Below the pieces are notes generated by a model. That model was not told the DNA's origin and searched no databases. It saw nothing but the letters and a program-made list of their open reading frames with translations. A program made the translations under genes and the position numbers. 53,393 nucleotides of DNA, taken from Nitrospirota bacterium. Lineage in GTDB: Bacteria; Nitrospirota; Thermodesulfovibrionia; UBA6902. Below, piece by piece: positions 47,729 through 53,393 of the stretch; within the stretch, counting starts at the first letter, position 1; each line of letters starts with the position of its first letter. Location: the NCBI GenBank assembly GCA_011040095.1, contig DRDE01000177.1:1-53393 (forward strand). Direction: 5' to 3'.

Positions 47729-47778
47729 CATACTGTTTTTCCGCATTACTTTAGTTCTGAAACTCAAAACAATCCTTA

Positions 47779-47957
47779 GGGTCCGCGAAAAAATAACTTA
47801 ACATTCTCACATCTCATCTTCGGGCCGTCTTCGGCTGCTCCTCAATCACAAAATCCTCAAAATAACCGGTTATTCCTGTGGTTTTGCTCAATCGGACCAA
47901 CCAAATCCAACCACAAATCTAAGCGCGAAGAATGTCAACTTATTTTTTCGCGAACCC
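47779..47957. mobile_element. MITE-like element, 179 bp
   Basis: 29-bp imperfect terminal inverted repeats (26/29): gggtccgcgaaaaaataacttaacattct at 47779-47807, with its inverted partner at 47929-47957. TTA lies on both outer flanks. No ORF inside. Confidence 0.45.
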
Positions 47958-48030
47958 TTATCAGCCGGGAAACCCTTCCTCCCCCGGCGCTTTCCACAGG
48001 CCGGATTATCCCTCAGGCCAAAATGTCCCA

Positions 48031-48051
48031 ACATAATGTAGGCCATTATGT
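48031..48051 (+). promoter_or_regulatory. Palindrome ACATAATG-N5-CATTATGT, candidate enhancer-binding-protein site
   Basis: Perfect 8-bp inverted repeat about 70-90 bp upstream of the sigma-54-type -24 element. No regulator gene is visible in the window. Confidence 0.25.
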
Positions 48052-48116
48052 CCTGTTAAACCTTGCTGAATCAATTCCAATAACCATAACCATTGAAAAT
48101 TAAAGAAAAATATCTT

Positions 48117-48133
48117 CTGGCATACCCTTTGCT
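48117..48133 (+). promoter_or_regulatory. Sigma-54-type -24/-12 promoter upstream of the hsp20 triplet
   Basis: CTGGCATACCCTTTGCT versus the consensus YTGGCACGrNNNTTGCW. GG and GC are at exact spacing, and TGGCA and TTGC are intact. About 40 nt upstream of the first hsp20 ATG. Confidence 0.6.
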
Positions 48134-48174
48134 TTATTAAATAATAAAAAATAAGAAGAAAGGAGGAAGGAACG

Positions 48175-48597
48175 ATGAGAGGAACATATTTAGACAGGTT
48201 TTTAGATCCATGGAGTGAATTTGAACGCATGAGTCGTTTGTTAAGCAGGGTGGCGTCAAATCCGGGCAAAGAGTTCCCGCCTGTTAATGTGTGGGTAAAT
48301 GGAGACAATGCCGTTATTACAACGGAGATCCCCGGTGTTGAGAGCGATGCAATAGACATTTCCGTATCCGGCAATACCGTGATGCTCCGCGGGTCGCGTC
48401 CCGCAGGGGATATAAAGGAAGGTGAATCCTGTCACAGGCACGAACTCAGGCACGGTAATTTCAGCAAAACAATTGAACTTCCTTTCAACATTGATACGGA
48501 CAAAGTTCAAGCGGTTTATAAAAAAGGCATTCTGAATATATCACTGCAGCGGATAGAGACCGAGAAACCGAAAAAAATTGAGATCAAATCAAAATAG
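48175..48597 (+). CDS. Small heat-shock protein (Hsp20/alpha-crystallin family)
   Basis: 140 aa. PPVNVWVNGDNAVITTEIPGV... alpha-crystallin domain and a C-terminal I-x-I motif (IEI). Confidence 0.92.
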   Translation: MRGTYLDRFLDPWSEFERMSRLLSRVASNPGKEFPPVNVWVNGDNAVITTEIPGVESDAIDISVSGNTVMLRGSRPAGDIKEGESCHRHELRHGNFSKTIELPFNIDTDKVQAVYKKGILNISLQRIETEKPKKIEIKSK

Positions 48598-48609
48598 GAG
48601 GTGAATAAA

Positions 48610-49014
48610 ATGACGGAAAAAAGAGAATTACAAAAGAGAGATGCCGAGCTCGAAAAAGGCGTTGAACGCACAAGGCAGACAAGGGTCTATACGCCGGCTG
48701 TAGATATTATAGAAAAGAACAATGATATCGTTCTTATGGCCGATATGCCGGGCGTGGATGAGAACTCTGTTGATATAACCCTTGAAAAAGACCTGCTGAC
48801 GATTTACGGAAAGGTCGAACCCGAAATCCCTGAAAATCACAGACTCGTTATTTCAGAATACGGGGTCGGCGACTATGAGAGGACATTCACTCTTTCCGAT
48901 GAAATTGACAGAGAGCATATCAGGGCAACAGTAAAAGACGGCGTCTTGAAACTTGTTTTGCCAAAAGCCGAAAGCGCAAAAACAAAGAAAATCCCTGTTA
49001 CAGGGAATGCTTAA
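48610..49014 (+). CDS. Small heat-shock protein (Hsp20/alpha-crystallin family)
   Basis: TPAVDIIEKNNDIVLMADMPGV... domain and a C-terminal IPV. I prefer the ATG at 48610 (AGGAGG upstream) over the GTG at 48601. Confidence 0.92.
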   Translation: MTEKRELQKRDAELEKGVERTRQTRVYTPAVDIIEKNNDIVLMADMPGVDENSVDITLEKDLLTIYGKVEPEIPENHRLVISEYGVGDYERTFTLSDEIDREHIRATVKDGVLKLVLPKAESAKTKKIPVTGNA

Positions 49015-49045
49015 AATAGTTTCAGATAAGAAGGGGGGATGACTT

Positions 49046-49537
49046 ATGACACTCAAAAACCTTGTGCCGTCATTCGGAAAAAAGAAGGTTCCCGTAAGAT
49101 ATGACCACAATCCCTTGAGTTTACTGCATGAGGATATGGACAAACTGTTTGACGACTTCTTCCACGGGTTTGATATCGAGCCGTTCGGCGGACGCCTCAG
49201 CTCATTCAGCCCGGACATTGAAGTAAGTGAGAACGATAAGGAGATAAAGATCACCGCAGAGCTGCCGGGCATGGATGAAAAAGATATCGATGTATCATTT
49301 TCAGATAACACGTTGATAATCAGCGGTGAGAAGAAAGAGGAAAAGGAGAGCGCCGAAAAAGATTACTACATGAAAGAGCGCACCTATGGTTCATTCAGGA
49401 GATCGATCCCTCTCTACTCCGATATCAGGGCCGATAAAGTTGATGCCCGCTTTAAAAAGGGTGTTCTGACAATAACACTTCCAAAGTCCGAGAAGGAGAT
49501 AGAGAAGAAAAAGAAGATTGCCGTTAAAGCAGAATAA
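49046..49537 (+). CDS. Small heat-shock protein (Hsp20/alpha-crystallin family)
   Basis: 163 aa. SPDIEVSENDKEIKITAELPGM... domain and a C-terminal IAV. Confidence 0.92.
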   Translation: MTLKNLVPSFGKKKVPVRYDHNPLSLLHEDMDKLFDDFFHGFDIEPFGGRLSSFSPDIEVSENDKEIKITAELPGMDEKDIDVSFSDNTLIISGEKKEEKESAEKDYYMKERTYGSFRRSIPLYSDIRADKVDARFKKGVLTITLPKSEKEIEKKKKIAVKAE

Positions 49538-49566
49538 AAACCTGAGAATGCCGGAAACTTTCTGTG

Positions 49567-49614
49567 GCCCGTCTTCGCCTTATTGAAAAAGGCGGAGACG
49601 GGCAATTCTTTTTT
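49567..49614 (+). terminator. Rho-independent terminator of the hsp20 operon
   Basis: 13-bp stem gcccgtcttcgcc/ggcggagacgggc (one G-U pair), an 11-nt loop, then aattctttttt. Confidence 0.8.
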
Positions 49615-49660
49615 AAATCTAATACAATAGTTGAATTAATATTCAACTGCTTATTAATTC

Positions 49661-50968
49661 ATGCAAACCGACAACAAAAAAGCGATATTCGGATGGAGTC
49701 TCTATGACTGGGCTAATTCGGCCTTTGCCACGACAATCATGGCCGGTTTTTTCCCTCTATTCTTTAAACAGTTCTGGAGCGCCGGCGCTGATGTGAATGT
49801 CAGTACAGCCAGACTGGCACTGGCGAATTCTATAGCAGGCATTATAATAGCATTGTTCGCGCCGGTTCTTGGTGCAATTGCCGACCAGGGGACAGCAAAA
49901 AAGAAATTCCTTTTCTTCTTTGCTTATATGGGTGTGGTAATGACCTCCTCTTTATATATGGTTTTAAAGGGGAACTGGCCGCTGGCTGTAATGCTTTATG
50001 TTTTGGCAAGCATCGGTTTTGCCGGCGGCAATATCTTCTATGATTCATTGATTACGAGTGTGGCATCCGAAAAAAAACTTGATTTTGTCTCTGCCCTGGG
50101 TTTTTCTCTTGGATATCTCGGCGGAGGGCTTTTATTTGCAGTAAATGTATGGATGACCCTGAGCCCCCAAACATTCGGATTTGCGAATGCAGGAGAGGCT
50201 GTGCGCTTTTCCTTTCTGACTGTCGGGGTCTGGTGGGCGGTTTTCTCAATTCCAATTTTCCTTCTTGTCAAAGAGCCTGAAAATGACAAGGCCCTTTCCG
50301 GTGTAAAGGCCGTAAGAGCAGGATTCCTTCAATTAATAGACACCTTTCATGAACTCCGCCATTTGAAGACTGTTTTTTTGTTCCTTGCAGCCTACTGGCT
50401 GTATATTGATGGAGTGGATACAATTATCCGGATGGCCGTTGATTACGGCATGTCAATAGGCTTTCAATCCGATGATTTGATTGTTGCCCTGCTTATTACC
50501 CAGTTTGTGGGTTTCCCTTCTGCTATAGCGTTTGGTTATATGGGGCAGAAGATAGGCGCTAAACGGGCTATATTTATTGCGATTGCCGTATACCTGTTTG
50601 TGTCTGTCTGGGGGGCATTTATGCAGGACAAGAATGAATTTTATATCCTGGCTGTAATCATCGGTCTGGTTCAGGGCGGCATCCAGGCATTGAGCAGGTC
50701 ATTCTATGCGAGGATAATTCCTGCTGATAAGTCGGCGGAGTATTTCGGGTTCTATAATATGTTAGGTAAATTCGCCGCTGTCCTCGGTCCTCTTGTCATG
50801 GGAGGGGTAGGATTGCTCGCGAGATCAATGGGATACAGCAGTGATATTGCGTCACGGGCAAGCATTGCATCTATTTCGATATTCTTTATAGCCGGCGGAG
50901 TTCTGTTTTATTTCGTGGATGAAGAAAAGGGCAGGGAAGAGGTCAAGTTTTTGAAGGGGAACAGTTAA
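49661..50968 (+). CDS. MFS transporter, UMF1/Atg22-like
   Basis: 435 aa with about 12 TM segments. The N-terminal FGWSLYDWANSAFATTI motif is typical of the UMF1 family. Confidence 0.85.
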   Translation: MQTDNKKAIFGWSLYDWANSAFATTIMAGFFPLFFKQFWSAGADVNVSTARLALANSIAGIIIALFAPVLGAIADQGTAKKKFLFFFAYMGVVMTSSLYMVLKGNWPLAVMLYVLASIGFAGGNIFYDSLITSVASEKKLDFVSALGFSLGYLGGGLLFAVNVWMTLSPQTFGFANAGEAVRFSFLTVGVWWAVFSIPIFLLVKEPENDKALSGVKAVRAGFLQLIDTFHELRHLKTVFLFLAAYWLYIDGVDTIIRMAVDYGMSIGFQSDDLIVALLITQFVGFPSAIAFGYMGQKIGAKRAIFIAIAVYLFVSVWGAFMQDKNEFYILAVIIGLVQGGIQALSRSFYARIIPADKSAEYFGFYNMLGKFAAVLGPLVMGGVGLLARSMGYSSDIASRASIASISIFFIAGGVLFYFVDEEKGREEVKFLKGNS

Positions 50969-51145
50969 CAGGTATTGGCGAATGGCTGTTTTGCCCATAC
51001 ATTGCATTAACGATTGATTTTATTGGATTACAATTCTATAGGCGAAAAAATTCAAAAGAATGGCTGCGCTTCAAAAATAAATTCAAACTACAATTGGGTG
51101 GTTTTCTATTTTGGAACTACCGCTATAAGATTCTTATCCAGAGAC

Positions 51146-52135
51146 TTATTTTGTTGAGAAATTAAAGCAAATAGAAATAATTCGATTTAAATATTCGTTA
51201 CCGAGAATATATATATTTTTTTCTGTGTAGTTCATTGTATCAGCGTTAAATAGACTCAAATTGAATTTATGCTTAGAAGATACCTTGAGTTTAATGCTTG
51301 GAGAATCAATTTTTAGCATATTGAAAAGCTTGGGTGAATTAGCTTTAATATAATCTCTGTATAATGGAGCATCTACAATAGTATTATCTTCCGGTAATGA
51401 TTTCCATATCTCAATTACTTCCTGCATTTCCTCTAATTCATTTTTCCTTGCCCAACTCGTAAAATTTTCTTTTTGAATTCCTCTTACCCATTTAGTACCT
51501 AAATTTTTTGATATTTCATCGGATTCTTTCAATAAGTTGTTTTTTTCATTAATAGAAAACGTCAATTCAATGCTATTAATAGATAAATCTGACTCTAAGA
51601 TATAATGATCATGAGGAGTAATGTTATTTAATTTCTCGTTATCAGAGGTCATTTCATAAATCTTTTCATCTTCTACTATCTTCGGATGACTTAAATCACC
51701 TATATAATTATTTCCTTTAAAAGCATTTTGCAATTTATGTAAGGATTTTATACGTTTTGTAGTGGAAGAGAAAAATGGTTTCTCATATGCTCTGAATCCC
51801 TGTTTACATATTATTGCAGATGGATCAATAGTTGACGCTGTATTTAGAGCTTTATTAATTATTGCTTTTATTCTTGATTGCTTATTCCCGTGAGGAATAT
51901 GAATCATTAACCAGAGTAAAGGATATTCTTGAGGCTCACTGTCAGGGATAACAAAGATATTATCTTCCGCAAAACTTCTTTTCCAAGAATCTAAAAGAGC
52001 AGCATATTTTCCATATGAAGAACATGATAAACCAATGTCGTATATTTTCCCGCACATAGAAAACTCCTTGTCAAACATTTCTATGAAATTAAATATCTCA
52101 TTATTATCTGACAAGTCTTGTACGTTAATTTTCAT
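51146..52135 (-). CDS. Hypothetical protein in the AT-rich islet
   Basis: 329-aa ORF. No motif or family recognised. Lies 15 nt downstream of the preceding ORF. Composition is far more AT-rich than the rest of the window. Confidence 0.6.
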   Translation of the reverse strand: MKINVQDLSDNNEIFNFIEMFDKEFSMCGKIYDIGLSCSSYGKYAALLDSWKRSFAEDNIFVIPDSEPQEYPLLWLMIHIPHGNKQSRIKAIINKALNTASTIDPSAIICKQGFRAYEKPFFSSTTKRIKSLHKLQNAFKGNNYIGDLSHPKIVEDEKIYEMTSDNEKLNNITPHDHYILESDLSINSIELTFSINEKNNLLKESDEISKNLGTKWVRGIQKENFTSWARKNELEEMQEVIEIWKSLPEDNTIVDAPLYRDYIKANSPKLFNMLKIDSPSIKLKVSSKHKFNLSLFNADTMNYTEKNIYILGNEYLNRIISICFNFSTK

Positions 52136-52150
52136 TATTAATATTTAAAC

Positions 52151-53125
52151 TTATGTTTTATCTGTAACAATGCTATAAAACTCATTAAGTTTAGCATTCA
52201 CATCTTCAGCATTCTCATCACTTAAAAAATATTCCCAAAAATATAACCAATTGATAATCCTCATATCCGTTTCATTAATATCATTTGCCCATGAACCTTC
52301 TTTATACCATAAGATATCATTGTAATTAGAATTAACTATCTTATATGCTTTCTTCTTTACAAAATCTTTATCTATTCCGAGATTATCTTTGTTTCTCCAA
52401 ATAAAAAGAAAAGGTAATAAACTCATTTTCTCGGGTAAATTATATTTTTCTTCGTTTTTGTAATTATTGATTACAATGCGTGCATAAGAATCTTTGCGTA
52501 AAAAATTATCAACCATATTTTTTTCTTTAGCAGGATAAAGATATCGGTTTAATGAATTAATGATATTTCCTAATCCGTGAAATCTATTACTAATAGTATC
52601 CATCTTACTGTACCATTCGTGCGCTCTATCGATTAAATGCTGAGCAGCTTTTTTAGCACTCTTATCATCATTAATATCCATAAATGCTTGTAGAGCAAAG
52701 GCAGTAAACACATAACCTGCGTGTATTAGTTCTTTGCCATTTTCGTCCTTATATATAGTCTCCCAAAAATTATTGCTACGTTTATCATCGCACAACCATT
52801 CTTCGCATATTGAAAGTTTCTTGCTATCTTTTTTATCAATTAAATTCTCAATTAAATTTCCGGCCAAATTTAATTGAGAAATCACTTCTGAGGTACACAA
52901 ACAACAGCCTTGATGAATAAATCCAAAATCATCATTAATTCTTGAAATACGTGCCGTTAATGCAATTTTACAATCTATTCTTAATGGGGAGCGACCTGAT
53001 CTAAATAAAGTTGTTAAATAATCATTACTATCAATAATTGTTCTCTGGGATTCTATATAATCTAATGCTTTCATTATCCTATCTCCATGAGATAGGAACA
53101 ATTTTTCTCCCTTAGGAGCTGTCAA
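52151..53125 (-). CDS. Hypothetical protein in the AT-rich islet
   Basis: 324-aa ORF (alternative start MKALDY at 53074 with GGAG upstream). No family recognised. Helix-rich with scattered W/Y/F, possibly an alpha/alpha-repeat fold (speculative). Confidence 0.6.
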   Translation of the reverse strand: MTAPKGEKLFLSHGDRIMKALDYIESQRTIIDSNDYLTTLFRSGRSPLRIDCKIALTARISRINDDFGFIHQGCCLCTSEVISQLNLAGNLIENLIDKKDSKKLSICEEWLCDDKRSNNFWETIYKDENGKELIHAGYVFTAFALQAFMDINDDKSAKKAAQHLIDRAHEWYSKMDTISNRFHGLGNIINSLNRYLYPAKEKNMVDNFLRKDSYARIVINNYKNEEKYNLPEKMSLLPFLFIWRNKDNLGIDKDFVKKKAYKIVNSNYNDILWYKEGSWANDINETDMRIINWLYFWEYFLSDENAEDVNAKLNEFYSIVTDKT

Positions 53126-53153
53126 ATAATAACCTTTACAACTTCACATCAGA

Positions 53154-53393
53154 TCATCGTTGCTTCAGTGGCTCAATTTTTGAAATTTTATAATTCCAGT
53201 CTCCATGGAATTTATGTTTTACGATGTTAATCTTTTCCATTTCCTGATCTGAAACCTTTATCCCTGTTGGATATTTCCTTTTGTCAATTTTAGCTTTAAC
53301 CTTTAGTCCGGTTTTGGTTTTTGTCGCACCAATTAGGTTAACCATAACATCATGGCTCATTAATGGATGCCCTTTCCAATTCATGCTAATATG
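53154..53393 (-). CDS. ISAzo13-family transposase, C-terminal fragment (N-terminus outside the window)
   Basis: The frame is open to the window edge (...HISMNWKGHPL...). The C-terminus ...HKFHGDWNYKI matches the ISAzo13/Rhodopirellula-type DDE transposase tail as I recall it. Confidence 0.7.
   Translation of the reverse strand, partial: HISMNWKGHPLMSHDVMVNLIGATKTKTGLKVKAKIDKRKYPTGIKVSDQEMEKINIVKHKFHGDWNYKISKIEPLKQR

Noticed and set aside
48006-48374. 122-aa minus-strand ORF overlapping the hsp20 promoter and the first hsp20 gene.
   Set aside because: It is antisense to a strongly supported Hsp20 gene and spans the promoter region, with no motifs.

Overview
The window is dominated by a roughly 30 kb lipid/polyketide biosynthesis supercluster (6657-36781). 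Its chassis resembles aryl-polyene/flexirubin type II FAS/PKS clusters: three catalytic ketosynthases, two Cys-less KS-like partners, a long KAS III, three ACPs, a FabG-like reductase, hotdog dehydratases, a thioesterase, a PaaK-type ligase, PlsC- and LpxL-type acyltransferases, a GT2, and a LolA-like/MMPL/lipoprotein export trio. It also carries components that chassis does not normally have: four cobalamin-type (class B) radical SAM enzymes in two tandem pairs, a radical SAM-SPASM protein fused to a hotdog domain, a CrtI-like flavoenzyme, a BtrH-like acyl-ACP transferase and an ABC-2 exporter. About 24 of these genes form one tightly coupled minus-strand operon. From memory, the gene order matches the unproven ladderane-candidate cluster of anammox bacteria and some Deltaproteobacteria, but the product and the taxon cannot be established here. 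The left flank (1-6600) is a toxin-antitoxin zone with VapBC, ParE plus antitoxin, a frameshifted PIN gene, a ParE relic and an orphan HigA. It also holds two lipoprotein genes, duplicated gene fragments and an IS1595-family element whose uninterrupted target paralog lies in the same window. The right flank is mostly housekeeping: PilZ, ppdK, tRNA-Ser(CGA), tadA and gyrA. These are followed by an O-antigen-ligase/methyltransferase/radical SAM trio, a MITE-like element, three tandem hsp20 genes behind a sigma-54-type promoter, and an MFS transporter. The window ends with a strongly AT-rich pair of unknown genes next to a truncated ISAzo13-type transposase. I saw no CRISPR array and no rRNA.
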